Shown: positions 49,456 to 60,446, counted from the stretch's first letter. The stretch: DNA of 64,000 nt from Acidimicrobiaceae bacterium (GCA_028820455.1 JAPPJC010000081.1:14807-78806), one strand, 5' to 3'. Program-made: numbers and translations. Notes: generated by a model from the sequence alone, not told the origin.

Positions 49456-50199
49456 TTACACCGCCTTCGCGGTTCGTCTTTGTTGCTGGGTTTTCTTTTG
49501 CAGTCGAGCAGCTCGTCTTTGGGCAAGAGTTTCACGATGTGCTAAAGTGCGCTCTACGTAAGCTTCGATATCGGGAGTTTTGCATCCGGTTTGACCGTGG
49601 TCAACCTTCACCGGGCCAATACGGCGTGCAGAAGCTAGAACAGCTTTACGCAGGTTACCGTCTCTTAAAGCTATAGCGATCATGGCTGCGTTCATTTCAT
49701 GTCGTACACGGTTTGGCCTGTTAGTGATCTCTGCTTCAATCTGATGGATCAGACTTCGCAACTCCCCTACTTGCCACACATTAGGATTTTCTGCTGTGCA
49801 GGCCACAATGAACCAACCAACGGAAGCAGGCCATTCAGATGCCTTGTCTCGCAAGTTGTCGCTAATTTTTCGAGCATAAGCAGTTTTCGCGCATAAGCCA
49901 CCAAGACCTTCGACCAGAATGTAGTTATCAGCATCAGCGATCCAGTTCACCAACTGTTTCTCTGTGATTTCGGCTGAGTTTGTGATTCGCAGTGCCAGCA
50001 CTCGGGCATCATGATTCTTGGTATCCCAAAGCTCGCACGCTAACGTGTTGTTGGATTTGACCGGTTTTGCAATTTTTCCAAGAGCAGCATAGCTAACCCC
50101 GAACATCGGTTCTACAGCACCATGCCGTGTGTATATTTTGCGATTTTGTATGGTGCCCGCAGCTTCTAACTGTGACATTATCTCAGAGAGATCGGTCAT
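49456..50199 (-). CDS. DNA alkylation repair protein (AlkD/YhaZ-like HEAT-repeat family)
   Basis: 247 aa. The N-terminal QNRKIYTRHGAVEPMFGVSYAALGKIAK pattern is typical of the DNA_alkylation family. Confidence 0.7.
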   Translation of the reverse strand: MTDLSEIMSQLEAAGTIQNRKIYTRHGAVEPMFGVSYAALGKIAKPVKSNNTLACELWDTKNHDARVLALRITNSAEITEKQLVNWIADADNYILVEGLGGLCAKTAYARKISDNLRDKASEWPASVGWFIVACTAENPNVWQVGELRSLIHQIEAEITNRPNRVRHEMNAAMIAIALRDGNLRKAVLASARRIGPVKVDHGQTGCKTPDIEAYVERTLAHRETLAQRRAARLQKKTQQQRRTAKAV

Positions 50200-50275
50200 G
50201 CTGCAAAGCTATAAAAATCGTGCTGGAGATGCTACAAACCAAGTGTACTCAACGACTGTGTTGCATTTTTGCATT

Positions 50276-50905
50276 TTAAGTGATGGCCAGTTGGGAGATG
50301 CGTTTCAGGATTCCATCTCGTTCTTCGCCTATGGTTGTGTTGCTCCCATGGCCAGTATAAACGATAGTTTGCTCAGGTAAGGTCAGTAGTCTGTCTCTGA
50401 TGCTGCGCAGTATTGTAGATTCATCACTGTAGCTGCGCCCGGTAGCTCCCGGGCCTCCGTTGAAAAGAGTGTCACCCGCAAAAATGATGTTGTTGAACAT
50501 GTCAAACAAGCAGCAACTTCCCGGGGAGTGTCCCGGGGTGTGCATAACTCCTAATTCATGACCCCCGGCTGCTAACACTTCACCTGCCATCAAATCACGG
50601 TCAGGGGCAACCTGAGGATACACGGCATCCCACAGCATTCGATCTGCAGGGTGCAAAAAAACCGGCGCGTCACATGCTTCACGTAGTTTCAAAGCTACGT
50701 TTATATGGTCGTTGTGGCCGTGAGTGCAAACAATAGCCACAACACGACGATCGCCTACCGCATCAACAATAGTTTCATGGTCGTGGGCGGCGTCAATAAT
50801 CAGAACCTCCCGTTCGTCACCTACCAGCCAGATATTGTTTTCTACTTCCCACTTTCCCCCGTCAAGCTGGAAAAAGCCAGTAGTCGTAATGTGTTCGACA
50901 GCCAC
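50276..50905 (-). CDS. MBL-fold metallo-hydrolase (glyoxalase II-like; candidate S-formylmycothiol hydrolase by context)
   Basis: 209 aa with the THGHNDHI metal motif and HTPGHSPGS. It lies directly downstream of the mycothiol-type formaldehyde dehydrogenase. Confidence 0.85.
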   Translation of the reverse strand: MAVEHITTTGFFQLDGGKWEVENNIWLVGDEREVLIIDAAHDHETIVDAVGDRRVVAIVCTHGHNDHINVALKLREACDAPVFLHPADRMLWDAVYPQVAPDRDLMAGEVLAAGGHELGVMHTPGHSPGSCCLFDMFNNIIFAGDTLFNGGPGATGRSYSDESTILRSIRDRLLTLPEQTIVYTGHGSNTTIGEERDGILKRISQLAIT

Positions 50906-50986
50906 AAAAGTTTCCTTTCAAATAATCTGTTCATGCAAACCTGTTCGCTCGAATGATCTCTCGTTTCGATCTTATTCCAATACTGC

Positions 50987-52075
50987 TCATATCACCGCCA
51001 CAGAGCGTAGCACATCGCCTTGTGTCATTTTTCGAAACGCTTCTTCTATGTTGTCGAGATCAATGGTTTCTGACACAAACCCATCAAGGTTTAGTCGCTC
51101 TTGTAGATACAAGCTCGCCAACATAGGGAAGTCACGAGACGGCAAACAGTCGCCATACCAGCTTGGTTTTATGGCACCACCACGGGAGAATATTTCAATG
51201 AAAGGCAATTCAATGGTTGCTTCAGGGTGAGGAACACCGACCAAGACTACAGTACCTGCTAAATCACGAGCTGCGAAGGCTTGTTTAAAAGTATCAGGAA
51301 GCCCCACTGCATCTATAGCGACGTCTACTCCGTATCCTCCGGTCAGTTCCTTAATGTTTTCCACTGGATTATCTGTTGAAGAATTGATGGTATGAGTAGC
51401 TCCAAAAGACTTGGCACATTCCAGCTTGCGATCGTCGATATCTACCCCGATGATCGTTAAAGCACCAGCCAGGTTTGCTCCCAGAATAGCCGCATTGCCT
51501 ACACATCCACAGCCGAATACAGCCACACTTTTGCCTTGAGCGACACCTCCGGTATTGATGGCAGCACCGATGCCTGCCATCACACCACATCCGAGCAATC
51601 CAGCAACTGTCGGTGGTACGGCAGCATCAACTTTTGTGCATTGTCCAGCAGCGACTAAAGTTTTCTCTGCGAGTGCGCCAATACCGAGAGCTGCTGACAA
51701 TTTGGCTCCATTGCTTTCCAGTCGCATTGCTTGTTTGGCATTGTGAGTATTGAAACACAGATGAGTTTGGCCTCTTAGACATGAACGACATTGTCCACAT
51801 ACTGCGCGCCAGTTGATAATCACAAAATCGCCAGGCACTACATCCTCGACATTGTCACCAACAGCTTCTATCGTTCCGGCTGCTTCATGCCCGAGAAGAA
51901 ACGGAAAATCATCGTTTATGGCTCCCTCTCGATAGTGCAGGTCTGTATGGCACACTCCGCAAGCCTTAACAGCTACCACCGCCTCGCCGGGACCTGGTTC
52001 AGGTATTACGATATTCTCAACCGTGACAGGATCACCTTTGGTCTTAGCCACTACACCTCGTACTATTTGTGACAT
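50987..52075 (-). CDS. Zinc alcohol dehydrogenase class III, S-(hydroxymethyl)mycothiol dehydrogenase-like
   Basis: 362 aa with [21 protein letters not shown] and the structural zinc cysteines [10 protein letters not shown]. Pairing with an MBL hydrolase matches the actinobacterial arrangement. Confidence 0.88.
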   Translation of the reverse strand: MSQIVRGVVAKTKGDPVTVENIVIPEPGPGEAVVAVKACGVCHTDLHYREGAINDDFPFLLGHEAAGTIEAVGDNVEDVVPGDFVIINWRAVCGQCRSCLRGQTHLCFNTHNAKQAMRLESNGAKLSAALGIGALAEKTLVAAGQCTKVDAAVPPTVAGLLGCGVMAGIGAAINTGGVAQGKSVAVFGCGCVGNAAILGANLAGALTIIGVDIDDRKLECAKSFGATHTINSSTDNPVENIKELTGGYGVDVAIDAVGLPDTFKQAFAARDLAGTVVLVGVPHPEATIELPFIEIFSRGGAIKPSWYGDCLPSRDFPMLASLYLQERLNLDGFVSETIDLDNIEEAFRKMTQGDVLRSVAVI

Positions 52076-52392
52076 TTGATCAGTTCCTTATGCGCTCGAC
52101 TGAATTGATTTTGAAGTTTTATGATACGGGATTCTGCCGGTCGGCCTTTGTTTTGCTGGTTTGCCTTTACAAGTCACAACCATCTTACACTTTGACTAGT
52201 TGCATATTGCCAATATCGGCATAAACATCGATAGTAGGATGCACATCGGCATAGCCTTCATCTCTGTAAGCTCTAATCTTGAGTCACTTGATTGTCGACA
52301 AATGCGTGACACGATGGTTGAATTAAAGCTTGCTGAGCTAACCCCAAAATCCACTAGAGAGCAGACAACTGCAAAAAGCTACGGATGTTTCA

Positions 52393-54108
52393 ATGAACGA
52401 AAAGGAGTCCACGAATAAGAGAAAGTCTACGCCTCAAAAGGTAGGTCGCAGACAGATTCTATTTGGATCAGGCTTTGCTTTTCTCAATGTGGCGATACTA
52501 CGAAAATTAACCCGAGAATCTGATGATCAGCAATCAGTAACAACCTCGGATATCGACTCAGCTGCTGAACTCACAGGCGAGCCGGCAACGAATCTCACCA
52601 GTGGATCAACCACCATAGTTGAATCTGGTGACAGCCCTGAGCCTACGGGTTCTCCTGCTGGTGATGAAATGCCCGGTATCCCCTTTACGGACGCTGGGTT
52701 TGCACCTGTTGTGGATGCTGAGTTTGCAGCAACTACGGGTCAAAGGTTTGATATCGCAATATCAGGTGGACGTGTAATCGACCCGGACTCAGGTTTTGAT
52801 TTCGTGGCTAATCTTGCTATCAACGGCACTAAGGTGACAGCCATAGTCCCCAAGGACGTACCCTTGGATGCCACCACCACCATTGATGCTACCGGACTTG
52901 TTGTCTCACCTGGTTTTATCGACATACTGTCGTACGACCCGAATGGCTATGGAGAATGGTACAAAATAGCTGATGGAGTAACCACAAACCTAGGCATGCA
53001 CGGAATTAACAGGCGTGCTGAACGTTGGTTTGCACAGCATGCAGATGGAGATCATCCATTGCATTTCGGTGGTGCCTACGACAACGCTTTCATTCGTAAG
53101 TACGAGGGATATGATCTCGACCCTTATGAATCTGCGAAGTCAAATGAGATTGCAGGACTCGTTGAAAGAGCTCGCGACAATTTGTACAACGGCTACATCG
53201 GCTTACACATGGAGCCCGAATACACTCCAGGTGTCAGTTATGATGAAATGAACGCTCATGCAGTTTTAGCCCATGAGCTTAAAGTGCCGTTGTGTGTCCA
53301 TGCTCGCTATTCTGACAACCAGCCGCCAGGCACCAACCTCGAAGCTGTTGACGAACTCACGAGAATAGCACTCGATACAGGTGCTCATGTTCATATTGAG
53401 CACATCAACTCCACTGGCGGCACCGGCGTAATGGCTGAGGCACTTCAAAAAATAAGCCATGCCATATCTCAAGGAGCGTCAATTACAGCTTGTGTCTACC
53501 CGTACACATTCTGGGCCACTACTTTGAAGTCAGCCCGATTCACCGACTGGCAAAGCAAATACGGCATAACCTACAATGACCTTCAAGTAGCGGGAACACC
53601 ACAACGGCTAACCAAAGAAACCTTCGACAAGGCTTATCAAGCCAATAAACTTACAGCAGCGTTCGCTATACCGCAAGCTGATGTCGATCTTGCCTTACAA
53701 ACTGATTTTGTAATGATAGGCAGTGACGCAATTCTTGAAACCGATCACAACAACCATCCACGTTCAACAGGTTGTTTTTCCCGCGTTCTCAGTGAATACG
53801 TGCGCGCCCGCAACATTATAGATCTACCCACCGCGCTTTCGAAGATGACGATTCAGCCTGCCCGGTTGCTTGAGAAAGGATGTCCGGATTTACGCTACAA
53901 AGGGCGTTTGGGTATAGGTGCTGACGCTGACATAGTCGTTTTTGACGCTAAGACTGTGTCAGATCGTTCTACTATCGCAAATCCAGCCCAAGAATCAGTG
54001 GGCGTCAATTGGGTACTGGTGGAAGGGCAGGTGGCCAAGAATCCACAAGGACTCGACTATGGGGCAAAAGCAGGACGAGCGTTGCGGTATGATGCTAGTT
54101 CTATTTGA
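52393..54108 (+). CDS. N-acyl-D-amino-acid deacylase-family amidohydrolase with Tat-like signal, atypical metal-ligand motifs
   Basis: 571 aa. The N-terminal GRRQILFGSGFAFL is signal-like. ISGGRVIDP...IDATGLVVSPGFIDILSY is the family N-terminal pattern but with LSY in place of HxH. GMHG sits where GNCG is expected. HVHIEHINS and VYPY are conserved. Confidence 0.8.
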   Translation: MNEKESTNKRKSTPQKVGRRQILFGSGFAFLNVAILRKLTRESDDQQSVTTSDIDSAAELTGEPATNLTSGSTTIVESGDSPEPTGSPAGDEMPGIPFTDAGFAPVVDAEFAATTGQRFDIAISGGRVIDPDSGFDFVANLAINGTKVTAIVPKDVPLDATTTIDATGLVVSPGFIDILSYDPNGYGEWYKIADGVTTNLGMHGINRRAERWFAQHADGDHPLHFGGAYDNAFIRKYEGYDLDPYESAKSNEIAGLVERARDNLYNGYIGLHMEPEYTPGVSYDEMNAHAVLAHELKVPLCVHARYSDNQPPGTNLEAVDELTRIALDTGAHVHIEHINSTGGTGVMAEALQKISHAISQGASITACVYPYTFWATTLKSARFTDWQSKYGITYNDLQVAGTPQRLTKETFDKAYQANKLTAAFAIPQADVDLALQTDFVMIGSDAILETDHNNHPRSTGCFSRVLSEYVRARNIIDLPTALSKMTIQPARLLEKGCPDLRYKGRLGIGADADIVVFDAKTVSDRSTIANPAQESVGVNWVLVEGQVAKNPQGLDYGAKAGRALRYDASSI

Positions 54109-54274
54109 TGTGTAAGTCCAATTATAGTCACAGCAGGTAAAAGTCATCTCCAATGCTTATTACAGATAAGTAAGTCGAATATCGTAGAAAGTCAAAAGAG
54201 TGTGTATGAGTTCAAGATTGAACCTGTAAAATACATGCGTGGTATTCGGCTATACGGACGATACAGAAGGAAAA

Positions 54275-54751
54275 ATGTTTAAAATTGGCGACAAAGTAGT
54301 ATATCCCCACCATGGGACGGCAGAAATAATCCGTACTGAAAAGCGAGAGTTTCTGGGAAACAGGAAAGAGTACTTGGTATTAAGGATGATTCACGGCGGA
54401 ATGATCGTGTCGGTTCCTGTAGAAAAAGTTGAAGACGTTGGAGTGCGTTGGCCTATTTGCTCTGAAGATGTCGACGACTTGTTTCAAGTATTAGCCCGTC
54501 GTGATGTTCGGGAACCATCGAACTGGTCGCGTCGTTACAAGAACCACCAAGAAAAGCTAAAGTCCGGTGATGTTTATCAGGTAGCGGAAGTGGTGCGCAA
54601 TCTAGCGCGACGAAAGCTGATCAAAGGCTTATCCACTGGTGAAAAAAATCTATATGTCACAGCCCGAAATGTGCTTGTCTCAGAACTATCATTCGCCCTT
54701 CAGGTAACCGAAGAAGAAGCCTCGGTTAAAGTGGACAAAGTTCTAGTTTAG
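54275..54751 (+). CDS. carD: CarD-family transcriptional regulator
   Basis: MFKIGDKVVYPHHGTAEII...KEYLVLRM matches CarD. AGAAGGA lies upstream of the ATG at 54275. Confidence 0.92.
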   Translation: MFKIGDKVVYPHHGTAEIIRTEKREFLGNRKEYLVLRMIHGGMIVSVPVEKVEDVGVRWPICSEDVDDLFQVLARRDVREPSNWSRRYKNHQEKLKSGDVYQVAEVVRNLARRKLIKGLSTGEKNLYVTARNVLVSELSFALQVTEEEASVKVDKVLV

Positions 54752-54867
54752 TCGGTAGCACAAACCGGACCAAGCCCTTAGCAACACAAGCTAGTTTGAC
54801 AGTATAAGCTAGCATTACATTGAAACCGGCATTGTGGTGCTGGTGTTATCGTGGAGTGTCAGGTATT

Positions 54868-54941
54868 CGGGACGTGGCGCAGTTTGGTAGCGTGCCTGCT
54901 TTGGGAGCAGGAGGCCGCCGGTTCAAATCCGGCCGTCCCGA
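54868..54941 (+). tRNA. tRNA-Pro (anticodon TGG), CCA not encoded
   Basis: Acceptor CGGGACG/CGTCCCG, anticodon stem CCTGC/GCAGG with loop TTTGGGA, T arm GCCGG-TTCAAAT-CCGGC. Confidence 0.9.
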
Positions 54942-55038
54942 CAAAACAGTCTAAATTGCACAAGAACTAACGGACTAACTGAATCACAGGCAAAAAATAA
55001 TCCTAAATATGGTGGCAGCGATACCTTGTTGCAACATA

Positions 55039-55593
55039 TTAATTTACTGTGGCATCTGTGGGCCAAGATTCTCTCAGAGATTTCCAGGTGTCTTGAAGTG
55101 TTCTAGGTAAAACCCTTACATTGGCAACGGCTGACATGAAATTAGTGTCGGATTTCCAGCGTGGAACCACGTGAATATGCAGATGGTTTGTCACACTAGG
55201 GCCAGCACCTTTACCGATATTAGCACCAAGGTTGATGCCATCAGGTGAAAACGCTGTCTTTATGGCTATCACCGAGTGCTGAACAGCTTCCCATAGGGCG
55301 ATGTACTCGGTTTGATCAAGATCTTCGAGCTGATCAACCGCACGGCACGGTATTACCAGCACATGACCAACTGTGTATGGGTAGCGATTCAATAGTACAC
55401 AAACAAGTTCAGAGCACCAGACTATGTAGGTCTGATCATCGGGTAATCCAGAAGCGAGAATAGCGTCAAATAGAGTCTGATCTGACTTTTGGGTGGTAGC
55501 AGCCGTTCCTGAGGACGTGAGGTGGCTCTCTTCTACAGTTGCCCGATCGGCACGCATAGCAGGGATGCGCCATCCTGCCCACAAACATTCCAT
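55039..55593 (-). CDS. HIT-family nucleotide phosphorylase/hydrolase (Ap4A phosphorylase-like)
   Basis: 184 aa with the histidine-triad motif HLHIHVVPRW and NRYPYTVGHVLV. Confidence 0.85.
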   Translation of the reverse strand: MECLWAGWRIPAMRADRATVEESHLTSSGTAATTQKSDQTLFDAILASGLPDDQTYIVWCSELVCVLLNRYPYTVGHVLVIPCRAVDQLEDLDQTEYIALWEAVQHSVIAIKTAFSPDGINLGANIGKGAGPSVTNHLHIHVVPRWKSDTNFMSAVANVRVLPRTLQDTWKSLRESWPTDATVN

Positions 55594-55984
55594 AGTCAGT
55601 TCAAATCCACATCAACCAAAGCAAACAACGCATCTCTAGCAGTCTGGGCACCAATTGGCTCTGCCAAATCGGCATTTGTGGAATCCATTGCTATCACCTG
55701 ACAAGGAACATCAGATAATGAGAGCTTAATATTTGCTATGTCATTATTCATTAAAACTCATGCTAGCATCTTACACGTCGATAATAACCCAATAGCTTTT
55801 GCGAGACCTTTACAAAAATGTCGACACTATCTTAACAAGACGATATAAACCACAAACTCTTATTACTCAAACCACAAATCCCCGTATCCTATAACCTAAT
55901 AGTCAGTCGATGACCCCAACAAATCTTAAAAGTGTTAGGCTTGGTAGGTGCTTTGGAGGCGCGGAGCTTATTACGCTTATCACT

Positions 55985-56284
55985 ATGGACATCTTGAAGA
56001 CAACTGACACGATATCGAACACCGTGGGAACTGACACCGATACAGCTACTACAACCAAACAGCGACCGACGGTTAGTCTCAAACCCAGTACAGACGACGG
56101 TGATCATGACCGTTTTGCGCATTATATCAGAAAATCTCATTCCATGCAGGCTTACGTCGAAGGCACTTCGGTGAGAGCTTTATGCGGGAAAGTGTGGGTG
56201 CCAAGTCGTGATCCATCACGCTACCCGGTGTGTCCGATTTGTGCTGAAATCTGGAAAGGATTACCAAGTAAAAGTAACAATTGA
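55985..56284 (+). CDS. DUF3039 domain protein
   Basis: DHDRFAHYIRKS...ALCGKVWVPSRDPSRYPVCPICAEIW is the DUF3039 signature. The ORF track starts at 55910, but ATG 55985 gives the usual ~100 aa length. Confidence 0.8.
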   Translation: MDILKTTDTISNTVGTDTDTATTTKQRPTVSLKPSTDDGDHDRFAHYIRKSHSMQAYVEGTSVRALCGKVWVPSRDPSRYPVCPICAEIWKGLPSKSNN

Positions 56285-56318
56285 GTGCTAACAACTTCCA
56301 GTGATCTGACAGGACTTC

Positions 56319-56774
56319 TTGAAACACAGCATGTTGGCGAGTGACAAAGTCGGCCTAGAGATGCGCACCCACATACAAGGAACCGCTTTGTTGATTATGC
56401 TTCTACTGTTTTTTTGGTACGCGCTTAATGTGAGTACCACCATAATCAGCAAAGCGTTAACCGATAACAACGGTGCAATCGCGGCAGTAGCAAAAACAAA
56501 AGATGAAGCTTTATATGAGCCACTCAATCAGACCGAGGTTGCAGTTCTACAAGCAAAACTACTAGATGCCGGCTACGAACTAGGGCCTCTTGATGGCATT
56601 TTAGGAGACAAAACCCGTGCTGCCATTGAAGCAGCTAAAACAGCACTTGGTCTTGAAAAGCAACCAGATCGCCTGCTCTTATTAGCACTTATAGATGGTC
56701 AAGAGGGGCAGGATTCCAATGTCGTCGGCTCCTCGGGAAATGTGAATTCAAATACCGATTCGACTGATCACTGA
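56319..56774 (+). CDS. Membrane-anchored peptidoglycan-binding (PG_binding_1) domain protein
   Basis: 151 aa. There is one TM helix (ALLIMLLLFFWYAL), then VLQAKLLDAGYELGPLDGILGDKTRAAIEAAK. Confidence 0.75.
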   Translation: MKHSMLASDKVGLEMRTHIQGTALLIMLLLFFWYALNVSTTIISKALTDNNGAIAAVAKTKDEALYEPLNQTEVAVLQAKLLDAGYELGPLDGILGDKTRAAIEAAKTALGLEKQPDRLLLLALIDGQEGQDSNVVGSSGNVNSNTDSTDH

Positions 56775-56778
56775 AAGT

Positions 56779-57999
56779 TCAGTTGAGTGGCTGATAGCGA
56801 CGGCGGTATACGTTGACCACGAGACCTAGAGACACCATAGAAGTAAGCATCGACGATCCTCCATAGCTCACCAATGGCATGGGAATACCGGTTACAGGCA
56901 TCATACCCATAGTCATTCCTACAGCTTGAAACATTTGAAATGAAAACATGGCAAAAACACCTGTACAAATCAGTCGATCGAAAAAGGATGAAGCAAGAAA
57001 AGCAGTCCGCCAAATACGAAATAACAGCAAGGCGTAAAAACCCAACAAAGCTCCCGCTCCTCGTAGTCCTAGCTCTTCACCTGCTACGGTGAATATAAAA
57101 TCGGTTTGCTGGGCTGGCACCAAACTAGAACGTGTTTGAGTTCCCTTGAACAGCCCTTGACCGAGTAGTCCACCATTACCGATGGCTATCTGAGCTTGTT
57201 CAGCGTTGTAAGCATAAGTCGCTGCTGCCTCTGGAACCTCGTCTATATCAAACAAAAACACTGTCAATCTGGCTTGTTGGTAGTCTTCCAATATGTCGGA
57301 AGTAAAAACAACTATCATACTCAGCATTGCCAACAGGGCTAATATGAGCACCCATCGGGCTTTTACGCCGCTAACTGTTACAACCGCAAAAACCACGACC
57401 AGGTAAACAAGTGCAGTCCCAAGATCAGGCTGCATCAATACCAAAACAACAGGAATAATTGCCACTCCCAATCCTTTTAGCATTTTTCCTACGACCATTT
57501 TGTTTTGACGGCCTACCGGTGATTTCAACAATGCCAAACCGGTTATCAAAATCAATTTGGTGGGTTCAGAGGGCTGGAAACTGAAACCGCCCAATGTGAA
57601 CCATCCACGGGTGCCGTTCACTTCTACGCCCAGAACCAGTACGAGCCCCAATAGGGCAATGGTTAGAAAATAAAGTAAATACCAGAATTGACGCAAATGT
57701 ACAGGTTTTATGAAAGCTGCCAATGCAGCAAGCCCAATACCTACAACAATGAATAAAGCTTGACGGTAGAGGAATGACTTGTCAGCAATATCAAACTCTC
57801 CTACATCTCCTCTAGTAGCGGAATAAACAAGCAGTAGCCCCAAAGTCAAGATCGCCACGGTGGACACAATCAGAAGCGGATCGATCAAAAGCCACCAGGA
57901 ATCCTTTTTAGGCTGCAATCGGGAGGTGGCTGTGGGAGGAGACTCCAATTTGCTGGAATCCAAATTGGGGCTGGGTTCACTTGAATTTGAAGATTTCAT
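56779..57999 (-). CDS. rodA: SEDS-family peptidoglycan polymerase RodA
   Basis: 406 aa with the FtsW/RodA/SpoVE topology and PAQQTDFIF and SYGGSSM motifs. It is the last gene of the mre operon and overlaps mrdA by 4 nt. Confidence 0.9.
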   Translation of the reverse strand: MKSSNSSEPSPNLDSSKLESPPTATSRLQPKKDSWWLLIDPLLIVSTVAILTLGLLLVYSATRGDVGEFDIADKSFLYRQALFIVVGIGLAALAAFIKPVHLRQFWYLLYFLTIALLGLVLVLGVEVNGTRGWFTLGGFSFQPSEPTKLILITGLALLKSPVGRQNKMVVGKMLKGLGVAIIPVVLVLMQPDLGTALVYLVVVFAVVTVSGVKARWVLILALLAMLSMIVVFTSDILEDYQQARLTVFLFDIDEVPEAAATYAYNAEQAQIAIGNGGLLGQGLFKGTQTRSSLVPAQQTDFIFTVAGEELGLRGAGALLGFYALLLFRIWRTAFLASSFFDRLICTGVFAMFSFQMFQAVGMTMGMMPVTGIPMPLVSYGGSSMLTSMVSLGLVVNVYRRRYQPLN

Positions 58000-60308
58000 G
58001 AGACTATCAGAGCGTTTAGGCCTCTTTGTTCTACTACTTGTTCGCCTCCGACTAGATCAGAACATAAATCTGAAAGCTCAGGCCTTTGTGTTGTAAGAGG
58101 TTGACCATTTTCATCTACTTTTATTGTTCCAACACGCACTCCTTCCAAAAACATGGTAAGAGCTCTAACTTCTGCATAGCAGACGTCCATTTCCTGGTCT
58201 GTCAATGCCGGAGTTACTGTATCAGTAGCTACAGCTAACAGTAAACGAGCTATAGCAGGTGCCGCTATATCACCTCCGAATCCTGCTTCTTCAAGAAGTA
58301 AGGTCGCTACAACTTCAGGCATGTTGAATATTCCCTGCTCGGGCCAAGATGATGGGCCAAAACCCACAAACCACGCCGAATCCGCTTTGTCTTTCTTTTC
58401 TGCTGTGCCTGTTTTACCTGCCACTGGCCATTTGGTTAGTGGAAAGTCAACCCCTCCTGTGCCAGATTGGTTAAAAGCCTTATAAGCGGTACCCGTCAAA
58501 AGAGATCTATTATCCTCGAAAGTACTCGGTAGGTTGTATGCGGTAGTGGCATTGAGCCCATCCAGCAGTGGGGTTATAACAAATGAAGGCATATCTATGT
58601 CGTCCACTAAACGCGCACCGAAATCTTTGACGACTCGTCCGTTACGATCGGTGATTTTGCTGACTATATTGGGCTGGTACAACTTCCCTCCATTGGCAAG
58701 CACAGCGTAGGAGTTTGCTATTTGCAGAGGTGTGGCCAGCAGAGTGCCCTGCCCTATGGCTAGGTTGATAGTGTCACCTGCATACCATTGGCTACCATCA
58801 CGTTGAAAAACTCCTTGTGAGTATAAACGATCATAATATTCTCGATCAGGTACCACTCCGGAGCGTTCAAAAGGTAAGGGTATGCCACTTTTGCTCCCAA
58901 ACCCGAATAATTTGGCGGCTGCCTGAATTCCTTCGTCGTCGGGCCTTTCAAGATGGAAGAACCCTTCCCCTGCGAGTCGGTAGAAATAGGTATCACTCGA
59001 CACAGCTATTGCGTCGCGCAGGTCAACGCCACGTTCGCAGCAGTAAGGACTGTCGAAAATACAGGTATCCGATTCCACCGAGCAAAAAGGATACTTGTAG
59101 GTGCCAGTGTCAGAATAGAATTCGTCAACATCGATCAGGGCATTCGTGTTGCTTCCGATTATTCCTTGCGTAAGTGCTGCGTAGGTGGTTATAGACTTGA
59201 AAGTAGAGCCTGGAGGGTACTCCCCTTGAATGGCGCGGTTGAGTATCGGCGAGTAGTTGTCGACAGTGGTGAGCTCGTCGAAGAAGGCTTGCGAGATGCC
59301 GCTGACGAATTCAGCGGGATCATAAGTTGGGAAGGATGCCATAGCTAAAACAGATCCATTGCGCGGATCGAGTACCACTCCTGCACCGGCGGGAGCTCTG
59401 AAACCGGGGGTAACAGGCTGTTCTTCGCCGGTTTCAGGTATGGATTGTGTTTTAGCTGTTGCAAGGCCGTGCTGTAATTGTCTTTCAAGGAGTTGTTGAA
59501 GATCGATGTCAATAGTCAAATGTATGTCGTTTCCAGGTACTGGTTCTCGATACAATTGTTGATGTTCTAAAACCATTTCATTGAAAGCATTGACCTCTAC
59601 AACACGCTGACCAGGAATGCCTCTTAAATCGTCTTCGAAAGTTCGTTCGACACCACTCTTCCCGATCTCGTCACTTATTCGGTAGACTTTAGCGTCAGCA
59701 TCTTTAGGGTCGGTCAATGCGTTTTTTGTGTTGTACTCTTGCTGGTTGATAGACCCTACATAGCCAAGCACATGGGCTGCTAAGTTTCCATAAGGATAAG
59801 TGCGGATTGTTCTCTCTTCCACTGAAACACCAGGGAAGTTGGCAGATCGTTCTCCCAGGTAGGATAGAAGATCCAGGTTGATGTCAATAGCTACGGGCAC
59901 TTTGTCGAATGGCCCGAAATCATGACTGGATAATCGCGTTGAGATTTCTGCAGCTTTAGTGAGATGACCTGAGAGGCTCAGTATTTGTGCTAATCGGACT
60001 ATCACTTCCTGTTGTTCGTTCTCATTGAGTTTCTCACTGAAATCATTACGATCGACCATCACCGAGTAAGCAACCTCATTGTCAACTAAAATGCGTCCTT
60101 TAGCATCGAAGATGCGACCTCTGGGAGCTTCTTCATGCATGATCCGAAGAACATTACTCGAAGCTTTAGTCTGAAACTTTTTGGTCTCAAGTATCTGCAA
60201 ATACCAAAGCCTCGAAAATAGCGCAGCCAGCAGACAAAGCACTACCAAGCCCACTATGCGTAATCGTAGATTTTGAGAGTCTTTCAGTTTTGAGTCATCT
60301 AACTGCAT
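57996..60308 (-). CDS. mrdA: Penicillin-binding protein 2 (elongasome transpeptidase)
   Basis: 770 aa with an N-terminal anchor. Motifs are STFK (PGSTFKSIT), SxD/N (VSSDTYF) and KTGT (AGKTGTAE). Confidence 0.92.
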   Translation of the reverse strand: MQLDDSKLKDSQNLRLRIVGLVVLCLLAALFSRLWYLQILETKKFQTKASSNVLRIMHEEAPRGRIFDAKGRILVDNEVAYSVMVDRNDFSEKLNENEQQEVIVRLAQILSLSGHLTKAAEISTRLSSHDFGPFDKVPVAIDINLDLLSYLGERSANFPGVSVEERTIRTYPYGNLAAHVLGYVGSINQQEYNTKNALTDPKDADAKVYRISDEIGKSGVERTFEDDLRGIPGQRVVEVNAFNEMVLEHQQLYREPVPGNDIHLTIDIDLQQLLERQLQHGLATAKTQSIPETGEEQPVTPGFRAPAGAGVVLDPRNGSVLAMASFPTYDPAEFVSGISQAFFDELTTVDNYSPILNRAIQGEYPPGSTFKSITTYAALTQGIIGSNTNALIDVDEFYSDTGTYKYPFCSVESDTCIFDSPYCCERGVDLRDAIAVSSDTYFYRLAGEGFFHLERPDDEGIQAAAKLFGFGSKSGIPLPFERSGVVPDREYYDRLYSQGVFQRDGSQWYAGDTINLAIGQGTLLATPLQIANSYAVLANGGKLYQPNIVSKITDRNGRVVKDFGARLVDDIDMPSFVITPLLDGLNATTAYNLPSTFEDNRSLLTGTAYKAFNQSGTGGVDFPLTKWPVAGKTGTAEKKDKADSAWFVGFGPSSWPEQGIFNMPEVVATLLLEEAGFGGDIAAPAIARLLLAVATDTVTPALTDQEMDVCYAEVRALTMFLEGVRVGTIKVDENGQPLTTQRPELSDLCSDLVGGEQVVEQRGLNALIVS

Positions 60309-60446
60309 ATGGTCACCGGTTGCTGTGATTTGAGTGTGATTGCGAAATCAAAAAAGATCACGAGTTCAAAAACCACGGAAATAACCTTCATGTCATGATT
60401 TACAACTCCAATGGTTGATCAGCAATCGTAATCTTGCGATCATAAT

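Noticed and set aside
55596-55688. 30-codon ORF (MDSTNADLAEPIGAQTARDALFALVDVDLN) ending 2 nt before the HIT gene start
   Set aside because: It is too short, and it has no recognisable ribosome-binding site or family. It could be a leader peptide, but the sequence alone does not support calling it.
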